From the NCBI GenBank assembly GCA_013265495.1, contig MU058844.1, forward strand, positions 812,941 to 876,940: a stretch of DNA of 64,000 nt. The letters are read 5' to 3'. Shown here piece after piece: positions 1-13,229 of this stretch (position 1 is the stretch's first letter; every line of letters begins with the position of its first letter). The notes beneath the pieces are model-generated. The model saw only the letters and a list, made by a program, of their open reading frames with translations. It ran no database searches and had not been told where the DNA came from. The translations under genes and the position numbers were made by a program. Source of the DNA: Vicugna vicugna. Lineage: Eukaryota.

Positions 1-199
1 TGATATTTATCTTAAGCACAGCTGACATTGTTTGGGGCTGTAGTTTTTCTTGTTAACATATGATATCTCAGAAGTCTTCTTCAGTATATAAAAGGATTTA
101 AAATTGATTTTGGCACTTATTTCTCATCGTAAGACTAAATTATTTATTATTAGCTTTAAATTTCATCCCAAGATCTTCTAATTAGTTTCTTGAGTGAAC

Positions 200-430
200 T
201 GTAGGGAGGCAAAATCATTTTCCCTCTACCCTTCTGAGTTACTGACTGAGACACCCTGTAATAAAAGGCAGATTAACAAGAGAAAAACAAATGGAAGTGT
301 ATTAACATGCATACCTCATGTATATATGGGAGATACCAAGGGAAAAATGAGTAACTCCCTAACTAGCCTAAGCTATCAGTTTAAAAACCATCTTCAGCTA
401 AAGATAAAAGAAAGGAAGGCATGTGTGTAT

Positions 431-480
<50 letters not shown>

Positions 481-590
481 TGTGTGTTGGTGGGAGGAAG
501 CCAGTTATAGGAGGTTACCAGGAAAAACCTACTAATGAAGGATAACATTTCTTATGCACATTTAGGTGGGTGCCATTGATAAGATTCTCT
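200..590 (-). mobile_element. ERV1 LTR fragment, MER34-like
   Basis: Begins tgtagggagg...cctctaccct...ggcagattaacaagagaaaa, homologous to the LTR at 19645 and to the reverse complement of about 1970-2061. Confidence 0.7.
434..479. repeat. (GT)23 microsatellite
   Basis: Perfect dinucleotide run. Confidence 0.97.
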
Positions 591-599
591 TGTATTTTA

Positions 600-870
600 G
601 TTATTCAGTTTGTTAATATGGTGTATCACATTAATTGATTTGTGGATATTGAACCATCCTTGCATCCCTGGGATAAAGCCCACTTGATTGTGGTGTATGA
701 TCCTTTCAGTGTGTTGTTAAATTTGATTTGCTAGTATTTTGTTGAGGATTTTTGCATCTATGTTCATATTGGTGATACTGGCCTGCAATTTTCTTTTTTG
801 GTGATATCTTTGTCTGGTTTTGGTATCAGGACAATGATACCAAACTCTCATAGAAGGAGTTTGGTATGTT
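600..870 (-). mobile_element. L1 ORF2 fragment
   Basis: tttgctagtattttgttgaggatttttgcatctatgttcat is antisense L1 ORF2; also seen at about 37440. Confidence 0.85.
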
Positions 871-874
871 GCAA

Positions 875-982
875 ATTTAATTTTTTTGGAACACTCTAGA
901 ATTTCTTTTTTTGAATGTTTTCAATCCATGGTTGGTTGAATCTGCAGGTGCGGAACCCATGAATACAGAGGGTCCATTGACT
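875..982. mobile_element. MER2-like (TcMar-Tigger) DNA transposon end
   Basis: ggttggttgaatctgcaggtgcggaacccatgaatacagagggtc resembles the MER2 terminus. Confidence 0.6.
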
Positions 983-1316
983 ATTCATTCAGCCAAACCC
1001 CAAATGCCAAGCCACCTCTGGGCCTTTTCACCCAAACAAGTTTGACTATGTGGTCCTGGGCCATCAGATATTTTTTATTTGTCTCTTCCTTATTCTTTAT
1101 TCTTATATTGTATAAAAACTTCTTGTCTTCCACCTCATTTTGCAGTTTTCTGAAAGGAGACCATGAATACCATGATATGTTTGTTTGTATCACCTAAATT
1201 GTCTTCTTTAGTCATTTTTCAAAAATAGTAGTTTACCATCCTTCTTTCTGCTTAAAAGCAGGGCATATATTTCTCCCTTCTCCTGTACCAGGTAAAGGAG
1301 AGCTATCTTTATCACT

Positions 1317-1653
1317 TGTTAAAAGATAAACTAAAGTATATTAAAATTTTTTAAGGGTATATTTGAGCAAAAATTGATTTGAATTGTGCAGTGCCTGACT
1401 GGAAGTGTTTAGGAACACTCTACCAATAGGATCTAGGGGAAGGACTTTGACAGAGAACAGGTGGAAGCTAAGCAAGGAAATTATTTGCTTGGCAATAGTT
1501 TAAGCAATTGCATTAACTGGGAAAGCCTAGTTGGCCGTTTGTGATTGGTTGTCCTTAGGTTTTCAATTCTCAATTCTGAGGCATTTTGGACTTAGGTTTT
1601 GGTTTGTTTCTGTAGGCTGCTAAGGTGTTGCCTTCTATTTAATTAATTTATCA
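1317..1653 (-). mobile_element. ERV1 (MER4-group-like) solo LTR
   Basis: tgttaaaagataaac...atttatca termini with an internal tgattggtt motif; family assignment is tentative. Confidence 0.5.
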
Positions 1654-1689
1654 ATGGCCTCCTTTTTGATTAATTTATGACACTGGAGA

Positions 1690-2061
1690 TGGAGAGCTGG
1701 CACTGAGATGAGTCTGCATAAACAAACCGTACTAAAATAACCCTTATCCTCCTTTCCTTCTACCCATATATTTTCTTGTCACTTTCCCACAATTTATCTG
1801 CTCTAGAAGCCCAAACCCCTCTGTCTAGTCACTTCTGTACAATGTATCACTGTTTGTTAACAATGACATATAAGTCCCTGAGTCTAAACACTTCTTTGGA
1901 TTTTTCACTTCTTTTTTTGTGAAATTGTCCTGCACATGCAAATATTAACATCAATAAAATTCGTATGCTGTCTCTCCTGTTAATCTGTCTTTCGTTAGTT
2001 TAACTTGCATTTCCCCAGGTACTTGAGCTGAGAGGGTAGAGGAAGTCTTTCTTCCCCTACA
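1690..2061 (+). mobile_element. ERV1 LTR 3' part, MER34-like
   Basis: AATAAA then ctgttaatctgtcttt...gagggtagaggaag...ttcccctaca 3' terminus. Confidence 0.7.
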
Positions 2062-3329
2062 AAGTAAATGGGAGAAGAAGGAGACTGTGTTTTCCAAAAG
2101 TGGTTCTTTAATTTTCTTCGCAGATTAATTTGTCTTCTTGGTTTTTTGTCAACCAAGTATCTGTTTTATATATTAACCAAAATCTGTCAAATAAATTGTA
2201 TTTTTGGATCTCATTTTTAGCCAACTAATCCATAACAAGCATTGTTCTTAAAACATTTTTAAAAAGGGTACTGTGTTATTTTTATATGTAATCTTGCAAA
2301 GCTGGCATCAAGTATACTATTGCAGTATCATTTAGAAATGATACCATGAATGAGCTGATTGCCCTGAGTTGTCAGGTGGATTTTTTCTCCCTTAACAAAG
2401 AAAACACATTTCTTAATACAGACAGATATAGATAGAGGGGAGAGAGACAGAGACAGAGATACAGAGACAAAGAGAGTCTCTTCCATCCAGAATATTTTTT
2501 ATACAATAATAATTGAACTACTACTAATAATTATATTAAGTAAAGTACTATATCATCTCTCATTCCTCACTTATGCTACCTGTAGTAACAAGACATTTTC
2601 AGATTAATATTTTACAAAAGACCATTTGTTTGAGCCCTGACCACAATACTGTAGATTTTCAGACCATTCTAAGCAGTTTATGGGCCTAAGCAACATACTG
2701 TTTGAATTATATGGCCTCTGAAATCTTCTGTCACTGAGTTTCTATCAAATCTTAAGGAGAGATGGAAGTGCAGTAAGTCTAAATTCTATACAACTCATCA
2801 GTCTAATTATGCTGCCTGGGGAGGCCAGCTGGCTAGCTGTCAAGAGATCTCAGGAAATTCATTTACATTGGTAAACTCACTGTAGTACAAGGTCTGAATC
2901 TTTGCTTTGCAGGCTCAAAACTTGAATTTTTGTCAGCACATTGAAAGTAAAGTCTTCTCTTGGCAAACTCTTATTTTTCAAGCTTACAGAGAGTGGAATG
3001 TCATTTTATTAATTTACAATGGGCAATAAAATATTCATGTGGATTGTTCTGCTTGCATCAACAGGACAAGTGCATTTGCTCTTTAAAGACAAAACTACCT
3101 GGGAAGCCAATTATAATTGAAAATTGGGGGTGGTGTCTGTATTCAGAATAAGAGGAGATAGTTGAATTTTGTACCTTAGGGACAGGCTTGTAGCCTAGGG
3201 CATTTTGAAGCTACAGTGTTTCCTTCTCACCCATAATAGGGTTTACTACAAAGTGGAGGTATACATAGGCCATATAGCTTACTTTGGGGTGGGGTGAGAG
3301 TTGGGGATGAGTAGGAATTAGAGAGACAA

Positions 3330-4080
3330 AGGAAGGATGAATGTAGGAAACATTCCAGGCATATGGAATAGCATATGTCATGGCCCAAAAGTCAAGGAGA
3401 GACTGTGATGAGCCAGGAAACTGCAATAGTTCAGCATGCCTGAAGCGTACAGTGCAAAGAAAATACTGTCAAGTGATAAGGGGGAGGGGTAGCTGCAGCA
3501 AGACCATGGAAGGCTTTGCAAGCCACAGTAAGGAGTTTGGGTTTTTGTCCTGAAAATCATAGGGACTACTGAGGAATTTTAAGTAGGGGAGTAATGACAA
3601 TCAGGTTTGTGCTTTAGAGAGATCACTCTGGCTGCAGGGTAGAGAATGAATTAGCTGGATGCAAGACCATGACCAGAGATGAGTTCTAGGTCAGAAAGGA
3701 GTGACTTGAAAATTGGGATGATGTGAGAGAGAATTTACAGGATTGGGTAATTAATTAAATATGGGCAGAAATAAAAAGGGAACAGACAAAGATGGCAGTT
3801 TTCTACCTTGGGCATGGCGGTGACAGCAACGATATAGGAAGCCAGGAGGTCATAGAGAAGTGAGTGCAGAGTAGGCGGAAGAGGCAGATGATGTTTCAGT
3901 TTAGAGCCCAGACGTTTTGAATTGAGCTTGAGCATTCTGGGGGATATCGAAGTGAATTTGTTCAGTAGGCTGTTAAATATTTGGGTTTCATATGTAGGAG
4001 AAAGAGCCAGACTGCAGATTTGGGAATCAACAGCAACTAAATAACATGTAATAGAAACCCTAAAAGTGTCTGGTCACCTA
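3330..4080. mobile_element. Old L2 LINE fragments
   Basis: Purine-rich L2 hallmarks such as gatcactctggctgcag and gagtttgggtttttgtcctg. Confidence 0.6.
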
Positions 4081-6958
4081 TTGAGAATGTATGGGAGGTG
4101 GATAGAAATGGCCCAGTAGCTATAAACCTAGGTGTGGTCCACCTTGTTTAGCCAAATTATTAAAATCAACAAATAATAATACCAGTCATTCTTCCATGTA
4201 CATTTTGGCAATGTCCTTCCAAAGTTGACTAGTTTTAGCACATGACTGGAAGCTTAAAGTTTAAGTTCATGATATGATTTTTCCAAACTAGGCAACTTCT
4301 TGGAAGGCATATTGAGCTAACTATCACATAATAAAATATTGTATTTGTTAAACAGCTTTATGTTAGCCTCAGAAGTCACACAGTGACTATTCATTTGAAG
4401 CAAGTTACTAGGTCCAGCCTACCTTCAAGAGAAGGACAATTAGACTCTACCTTTTGGTGGGAGGGTGTCAAAGAATTTGCAGATATGTTTTAAAATCACC
4501 AGAGTTGGGGGGGGGTGGAAGAGGCTATATTTACATGTTTCGGAGGGTTTTCCCAGTAAGTTTATTACCAATAACTAGCCTGAAATTAAATTTTTCCTTT
4601 CTCCCTTCCCTCTCTCCCTTCCTTCCTTCTATCTTTCAAAACTCGTTTACAGATATGGACCATACCCTGTGTCATAATCAATACACTCTGAATTCAATGC
4701 TATATTGCTCATTGAAAAGTCTGTTTGTTTGTTTTTCAAAAACAGTACAAATTTATTTCCTTACAGTTCTGGAGGCCAGAAGGCTGCAATCAGTTTCACT
4801 GAGCAGAAGTCAAGGTGTCCTCAGTGGCTGGTTCCCTCTGGAGACTCATGGGGAGAATGTTTCTAGCCTCTGGAGGCTGCCTGCATGCCTTGGCTCTTGA
4901 CCCCTTCCTTGCCTCATTCCAACATCTTGCTTCTGTTGTCATCTTCCACTCCCTGCCCTGTGTCCAATCTCTATCGCCTTTTAAAAATAGTGGTAAAATA
5001 TACATAACATAAAATTTACCATTTTAATCACTTTTAAGTGTACCCTTCAGTGGCATTAAGTACATTCAAATCATTGTGGAACTATTCTCTACCATCCATT
5101 TCCAGAACTTTTTAATTGAAAAGAGTTTTAAAATGCTGACCATTATTTTTGTATTTCCTTTTAATGTAGTAGATGAAAGCATCACAGCTTTGTAGGCCTG
5201 GACAAATTCCGAACTTCTGATCCTCAGCAAACTTGTCTTTGATATTTAACATAGAGCTGTAGACAGCAGATATGACACGTATAGCACTGGGCAGGCTCCT
5301 TGCTCTTAATAGCTTAGACCTAATATATATGAACATACAGAAACTAGTTTATTTTCCAACATTTCACCGGAGGGAGGATAGATTGACTCCTATTTAACAT
5401 GAGGTCTTAACTGCTCTCCCTCTGGAGGCTGAACTTGATCCATTCACTACGGCCACAGGCTCCCTTGCCCTTCGGCTCCTTGTTGAGTTGGGCCAGTGGA
5501 AAGTACCAGCAGGAAATTGAGAAGTTGAGAAGGGAATGAGAACAGAACATAGAGTCCTTGGTACCCTCCCTTTCATGTCTAAGTGTTTCCTAAACACCCC
5601 TCTCCTGTAGGTCACAGTTTCTGTCCTGCGGCTCTCTCTCCTAGTTCTCTCTGGATTCTGGTAACCACTCCCTCTCCCTGCCCCTTTGGGCACCAGTCCA
5701 ACTAGATTTATGGTAATTCCTGCTCTTGCTAACCTAGGTGTGCCTCACCATTTCTAAATGGCTTTCTGAGCCTTTGACCGTACCTATTTCAATAGTTTCC
5801 TCCTTTGAAATATTTTCAATTACATATTCCTTCTGGATCCCTGGCTGATACTTTACTTTTTATTGGAAACAAATCTTACTCAGAACCCCATTATGTATAA
5901 CAGGTAAAAGTGAAACTACACCAGGTGATGCAAGGGTGGATAATGTAGGGTCTCAATTGCTTGCTTCTTCCCATCCACTGACGTGGCCTCCGAGGGACCA
6001 CTTAGGGCTTAGAGAGACAAACTCAGAAGAATACTGTACTGAGCAAATCCAAGGGAATGCTAGCCCTGACCAACACGCAGGTGACATCTCTCTACCAAAC
6101 TCATTAAATAACTTCATCTGACTTCACAAACACACTTTAGAAACATGTGAGAACACAGCTTCAGATATTAATTGTGTTTCTACAATTAACTCACACCACC
6201 TTTTGTAGTAGTCCATGTATTTTATTCCATTTAGTTAGCTATTCAGGTAGGAGGTCCACAGGTTGGTCTCAGAAGACTGATAAAAATGATGACTTGGATT
6301 TGATTTAACATCAATTTCACTTTGCTTTACTGCTGATACTTTCAAAATAGGCAATGTAAGGAATAGTCACCAGATCAAAAAGATGAGTTAGCCCAGCTCC
6401 CCATTGTTTTCCCAGTTCCCAAAATGTGTAGTTTTAGAAAACCCCTGCAGAATGAGATGTCTACCAGGTTCAAAAGTCCCAACCATGAACTTTCTGTGTA
6501 AGACTGAAGGAGCTACACTGGCATCAAGATTCCACCCTGTTATCATAGATGGGAATTTCTGTTGTGTCACCTCTACATGATTCCATGGTCTATTTTGTAT
6601 TCCACCAACTCAATTTGTGGTTTAAATGCAATAGGCTTGGCCATAGCCATATATATAATTTATAATTTTTAATAGATCCTAAAACATAGTTATCACTTTG
6701 GACCTTCCCTAAACCTGCCTTTGAAGAAACTTAATAGGGACCTGATTCTTTTCTTGGGGTTAATCATGTCAACTAGAATATGAAGAAAATCAGTAGGGAC
6801 TTCTGGAGAATTCCTATGTCTCCTCACTCCTTTGAAGTTCTTGCCTTTGTCTCCCTTTTCATCCTTCCCTCAAGGGCTGAAAGAAGCACAAATTGGTACT
6901 AGGCTTCAATTACTTGGCTCAGTGATGCTAATATAATTTGTTAAAAGTGAACAATTCA

Positions 6959-7409
6959 ACTACTCAGCCATAAAAAATAATAAAATAATGCCATTTGCAG
7001 CAACATGGATGGACCTGGAGAATGTTATTCTAAGTGAAGTAAGCCAGAAAGAGAGAGAAAAATACCATATGATATTAATGATATGTGGAATCTAAAAAAA
7101 AAGACGAATGTATTTACAAAACAGAAACAGACTCAAAGACATAGAAAACAAACTTAAGGTTACCAGTGGGGGGAAGAGGGTGGGAAGGGATAAATTGGGA
7201 GTTGGAGATTTGCAGATACTAACTACTACATATAAAATAGATAAACAACAAGTTTATATTGTATATAGCTCAGGAAACTATATTGAATATCTTGTAGTAA
7301 CCTATAATTAAAAAGAATATGAAAACAAATATATATATATGACTGAATTATTATGCTGTTCACCAGAAATTGACACAACATTGTAAACTGACCATACTTC
7401 AATTTTTTA
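6959..7409 (+). mobile_element. 5'-truncated L1 (ORF2 end + 3'UTR) with 16-bp TSD
   Basis: atgccatttgcagcaacatggatggacct; TSD aaaagtgaacaattca at 6943-6958 and 7410-7425; tt|aaaa target site. Confidence 0.92.
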
Positions 7410-7792
7410 AAAAGTGAACAATTCAGTTAAGTTGAGAAAAATAAAAATTGCTTGATGCTAAATAGCTCATTAGTAGTCCTATGTGTATTCCTTAGAATCT
7501 CTAAACTATCTTTCATGGATCTGCTTCTAGTTGCAATGAAATTAATAAGAAGAAAAATGTTCTAATTTATAGAAGGTGGGGGATAGGCTATTTCCAATAA
7601 ATACTGGGAAATTTTGAAGAGTCAGGAAGCATACATACATACATATATCTTTTGGTATTATATCAAAAGTAGGATCAAAAGATGATGAATTGCTCTCTAG
7701 ATTGTAGGATTTGGACCATTTCTTCACAAGCAAGAAGATATTAGTTTGAGGAACCCTGCAAGGCAACTGTTAAAGGAATAATTATATGCCCT

Positions 7793-8128
7793 TCTATCTT
7801 ATTTCAGGCTGCTATAGCAAAATTCCACAAACTGGGTAGCAGAAATTTATTGCTCACAGTTCTGTAAGCTGGAAGTCCAAGATCAAGGTGCCGGCATGGC
7901 CAAGTAAGGGCCCTCTTCTGGATCACAGACTCCTTGTATCCTCATATGGAGGAAGAGACTAGAGAACTCTTATGGTTTCTTTTATAAGAACACTGATCTC
8001 ATTCTTGAAGTCTCCACGCTCATGACCTAATCACCTCCCACAGGTGTCACTATCACTGTCACCTTTAGGGGTTAGGATTTCAACATGTAAATTTGAGGGG
8101 GGTGGGCACAAACATTTAAACCATAGTA
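7793..8128. mobile_element. MaLR (MLT1-like) solo LTR
   Basis: atttattgctcacagttctg..gctggaagtccaagatcaaggtgcc and catgacctaatcacctccca motifs. Confidence 0.8.
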
Positions 8129-8139
8129 CCTTCCTTCCT

Positions 8140-9185
8140 TTCTTCATTCATCAACAAATATTCATTTTTGCTAACTATGGGTTGAGCACTGTTTTAATTA
8201 TTGGGAATGCAGCAGTGAACAAGAGACAAGGTCCTAAACTCATATTCTTCTTGGGGAGACACAAATAGAGAAACAAGAAAAGTCAGAAATGGTGTTTTCG
8301 CAGCTACACAGAGAATTAAAATGGATGCTATGATAGACTGAAGACTGCTCTAGTGCTTTAGATGAGGTGATCCTTGAAGATATCTCTGAGAAGATTAATT
8401 TTAAGGTACAATATGCGTGCAAAGATATTAACCACAAGATTGCAGGGAAAAGCATTTCCTAAGTGCTTTTCTGGTTGGTGCAAAGGCAGGAATAAACTTT
8501 GTGCAACTGAGGAATAAAAGCTCAAGGAGGCTGGGGCATATAATTAGCTAAGTGTTATAAATAGAAGGCAGAGCAGGCAGGGCCAGCTTGACAGGGTGTG
8601 TGAGCCAGGATAAGGTATTTGGATTTTATTGTGTTTACGATGGGAGGCTACAATCAAGGAGGACAGTGACACTATTTAATATGCATTTAAAAAAGTTGTC
8701 CCTAGCTGCTGTGTAGTGGCTGGATTATAGGGAAGCCAAAGTAGAAGCAGAGAGACCAACCAGCAAATAAAGTAGTCTGGACAGATGATGAAGATGCTAT
8801 GGACTGGGTGATGATGGAAAGAAGTGGCAGGTTTGGGATATGTTTTGGAGGGACACCTGTCAGTTTTTTCTGATGGATTGGTTGGAGGGAGAGATAGTGA
8901 TGAGATAAAGAGAGAAATGAAAGATAACTCCAAGATTTTTGGTTTGATTCGACTAAGTAGCTGGTGGTAGTACAGACTAAGACAGATGAAGACTGGTGAA
9001 GAAGCAGTTTTGAAGATAAAAATGAAACAGTTTTGTTTGGGCCATGTTAAGTTTGAATTAGACATCCAAGACAAAATATGGGAATTAGATGGTTTGTTAT
9101 ACAAGTCTGGAAACCTGAGAAGAGTCAGTCCTGGAGAAATAGACTTGGAAGTCCCGGGCAAACAGATGAAATTTAAAGCCAAGAG
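8140..9185. mobile_element. L2 LINE fragment
   Basis: cattcatcaacaaatatt end motif; cagttttgtttgggccatgttaagtttga and related L2 motifs. Confidence 0.7.
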
Positions 9186-9194
9186 ACATATACA

Positions 9195-9585
9195 TATATA
9201 TGTATATACTTTCTTTTTCATATTCTTTTCCACTATGGTTTATTATAGGATTTTGAATATAGTTCCCTGTGCTAAACAGTAGGTCCTTGTTGTTTATCCA
9301 TTTTATACATAGTAGTTTGTATCTGCTAATCTCAAATTCCTAGTTTATCTGTTCCCTACCCCTTTTCCCCTTTGGTAACCATAAGCTTGTTTTCTATGTC
9401 TGTGAGTCTGTTTCTGCTTTGTAAATAAGTTCATTTGTATCATATTTCAGATTCCACATGTAAGTATTATATGGTATTTGTTTTTCTCCTTCTGACTTAC
9501 TTCACCTAGGATGATAATCTCTAAGTTAATCTATATTGCTGCAAATGGCATTATTTCATTCTTTTTTATGGCTTAGTAGTATTCC

Positions 9586-9636
<51 letters not shown>

Positions 9637-10835
9637 CATATCTTCTTTATCCATTCATCTGTTGATGGACATTTAGGTTGCTTTCATGTCTTGGCTATTG
9701 TATATAGTGCTGCTATGAACATTGGGGTGCATGTATCTTTTTGAATTAGAGTGTCCTCAGTTATATGCCCACTAGTGGGGAAGTTGGATCATATGGTAAC
9801 TGTATTTTTAGCTTTTTAAGGAAACTCCATATTGTTCTCCAGTGGCGACACCAGTTTACATTCCCACCAACAGTGTAAATGGGTTCCCTTTTCTCCACAC
9901 CCTCTCCAGCATTTGTTATTTGTAGACTTTTTAATGATGGCCATTCTGACAGGTGGGAGGTGATACCTCATGGTAGTTTTGATTTACATTTCTTTTTTTT
10001 TAACATTTTTTATTGATTTATAATCATTTTACAATGTTGTGTCAAATTCCAGTGTAGAGCACAATTTTTCAGTTATATATGAACATATATATATTCATTG
10101 TCACATTTTTTTCTCTGTGAGCTACCATAAGATCTTGTATAGGAGACTGACTTAAGAAAACATTGCTATGATTTATGTCAGAGAATGTTTGGTCTCTGTT
10201 CCCTTCTAGGAGTTTTATGGTGTCATGTCTTATATTTAAGCCTTTAAGCCATTTTGAATTTGTTTTTATGTAGGGTGTGAGGGAGTGTTCTACCTTTATT
10301 GATTTACATGTGGCTGTCCAGCTTTACCAACACCACTTGTTATAGAGATTGTCTTTTCTTCATTGCATATTATTGCCTCCTTTGTCAAAGATTAATTGAT
10401 CGTAGGTGTGTGGGTTTATTTCTGGGCTCTCTATACTGTTCCACTGTTCCATTTTTGTCTGTTTTTGTGCTAATACCATGCTGTTTTGATTACTGAAACT
10501 TTTTAATACTGTCTGAAGTCTGGGAGGGTTAAGCTTTCAGCTTTGTCTTTTTTCCTCAGGATTGCTTTGGCAATTCTAGGTCTTTCATGGTTTCATATGA
10601 ATTTTAGGGTTATTTGTTCTAGTTCTGTGAAAAATGTCCTGGGTAATTTGATAGGGATTGCATTAAATCTGTAGATTGCTTTGGGAAGTATGGCCATTTT
10701 AACAATATTAATTCTTCTAATCCAAGACATGGGCTATCTTTCTATTTCTTTGAATTATCTTCAATTTCATTTAACAGTTTTATAGTTCTCAGCATTTAAG
10801 TCTTTTACTTCCTTGGTCAGATTTATTTCTAAGGT
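9195..10835 (-). mobile_element. L1 3' portion (antisense) containing a nested younger L1 3' end at 9993-10140
   Basis: Antisense ORF2 C-terminal and 3'UTR motifs (gatggacatttaggttg, cattcccaccaacagtgt, gattgcattaaatctgtagattgctttgg). Confidence 0.9.
9588..9635. repeat. (ATCT)n tetranucleotide microsatellite
   Basis: About 12 perfect units within the L1. Confidence 0.95.
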
Positions 10836-11289
10836 TTTTTTTTTTTTCTTTTGGAAGAAAATGCAAGAAAGTAAGAAGGGCCATTGGACTGGAGGTCTTG
10901 ATGGAGTCAAATAATTGATGGAATATTAATGTAAGAGAGGTAAATGGTTAGGAATTAGTGGCCAGACAGAGTAAGCAGGACTGTTTTGTATGGGAAGCCG
11001 GTAGATTAGTGGAGGATATTCTTACATGATTATGTCTCACCCACTTGTTTTCTTTTGGGGTAATTAAGTTCTCCATTATATTATTTTAGTGATGGGATTA
11101 TCATAAGCTGCAGGGGAGCACACAGATTTTGAATAACCCATCTAGCTAAGCAGTAGATGAGGGTCTATTATATTAGTCAAAAGATTCCACTGGAGAATTC
11201 CAATAGAGAAGGCCTTAGCATGTGACATTAATAAGCAGATTTAAAATAATTAATTTTTGAAAAACAAAAAAGTAGAAGCAAATGTCAGT

Positions 11290-12176
11290 TTAAATGGAAA
11301 AACTGTTTCATTTCTCTACTTAGAACACTCATGGCACCAAATGTGTGTACTTTTTTTCTCCATACTAAGCAATTCTCCAATTCTCTGGACACCAAATGGG
11401 CATCCTACAATTTAATTCAATTCTGGCAAAAACTTCACAGAGTTAGCACAGATCCCACCAAGAATGGCTCAGGTTAAGGACTTGGTCCCACCAAGAATGC
11501 CCTCTACTTCAGACACCAATTGAAAGTCCCAGGTTGTTGCCTATACTTTGGACCTACTGGCTAATAAATTGGGGGTTCCCACAACATCCTCCCCAGGTTT
11601 GATAATTTGCTATAATGTCTCACAGAACTCACAGAAATACTTTACTTTCTATTACTGGTTTATTACAAAGGATACAACTCAGGAACAGCCAAACGGAAGA
11701 TGCATAGGGCAAGGTATGGGAGAAGGGGTGCAGAGCTTCCCTCTTTTCTCTGGACATATTATCCTCCTAGCATCTTGACATTCATCAATCTGGAAGCTCT
11801 CTAAATCTCATTATTTAGGGTTTTTATGGAGGTTCCATTACAGGCATGATTGATTAGATCTTCAGCCATTGGTGATTAAATTTTTCAGCCTGTCTTCTCT
11901 CCTAGAGGTGGGGTGGTGGGGGGTGGGACTGAAAATTCCAACCTTCTAATCTTGCCTTAGTCTTTCTAGAGATCAGCCTAAAGGTAATGACTCTAACCAC
12001 TCATCATTGCATTAGCATACAAAAAGACACGCGGCACTGTGGGATTCCAAGGGTCTTAGACGCTCTGGTGTCAGGAAACAGGGTCAAAGATTAAATACTA
12101 GAACAAAAGATGTTCTTAACATCCTGTCTGGATATCACTGAGGGGTAGAGACTAAATATATGTTTATTGTGTCATA
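11290..12176. mobile_element. MER21-like LTR
   Basis: caccaaatgtgtg...aagcaattctcc...aaggatacaactcaggaacagccaa..ggaagatgcatagggcaagg motifs; family from recall. Confidence 0.65.
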
Positions 12177-13229
12177 CAGTTTTATCACCCTGTGTTCTTG
12201 AAAATATTTATCAGTGTCTGAAAATAAAGCACCTGTGTCTGGAAAGATCAAAGAGTATGTGATTTTCTATGTTTCTCTAGAAGTATTTAAGTGCACTATT
12301 ATCAATAGTGATTAATAATGTATTAGTTATAGGCATGACTTTTGCTGCACTATAGACAGACACGGAAACAGACACACATAGTAAAAAAACATATTTGGGA
12401 TAGAAACAACATATTACATCATAAAATACACTTTACAAAACACTTTTACATGGACTCATTTGAAAATATTTGTTGCATCTTTTCAAAAGATCAAAATTAT
12501 ATCCTAATAAGCATTCCATTCATTGTTTGGTAGACTTCAAATTCCCCCACCCCAGCAAGGTTAGTTACCTTATTTCCCCTGCCTCCTTCCCCGTTTAAAC
12601 AATATTAAAGGCTTTTCTCCGCTCCCCAACCCTCAACGGGGGTAAAAGTCGAACTTCTTAGCTTGTGATTACTGGCAGAATGATACGATTCTGGAGCTGT
12701 GATTTTTGAACTTAAATGATGACATCGTGCCTGGAAGTCAGTTCCAAGTCCACTTCCGAGTCCACGTCCTTGTTTTGGCACACTGTTTCTCTGTGACCTC
12801 ATTTTTTTTAATCTACGAATCAGACGCATTAATGTCGATTCACTTCACACATCTATTATCAGAAGAGGATTTAAAATTCCTTGGCCAAGCATGGGCTTTA
12901 GATAGTGCAACATGTTAGAGGTATCAGTGCATTAAACATTGTCGCTATAGTCCAAAAAGGACGACCCCAAACTTCTTTTACCAACTCAAATTCCAATATC
13001 TTCCTACCCTTTTTTTCCGATTCTTTACTTTTCTTTTGGCTTAAATTAGAAGCAGGAAGGGAGTAGGAAAAGGAACGAGGGGCTGGACCAGAAGAGGGAA
13101 GCCCAACAGTCTGGTTAATAGTGTCTGCGATTCTCTCCTTTCCTTCCACCCAGGGGCTAAGCGCTTCCAGCAGAAATGACGATGTAGTCCAAACAGTCAA
13201 GGCCAGGATCACATTGACAAATTTTACAG

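Noticed and set aside
200..2061. Two MER34-like LTRs as the ends of one provirus
   Set aside because: They are in opposite orientation, diverged from each other, and have no gag/pol/env between them.
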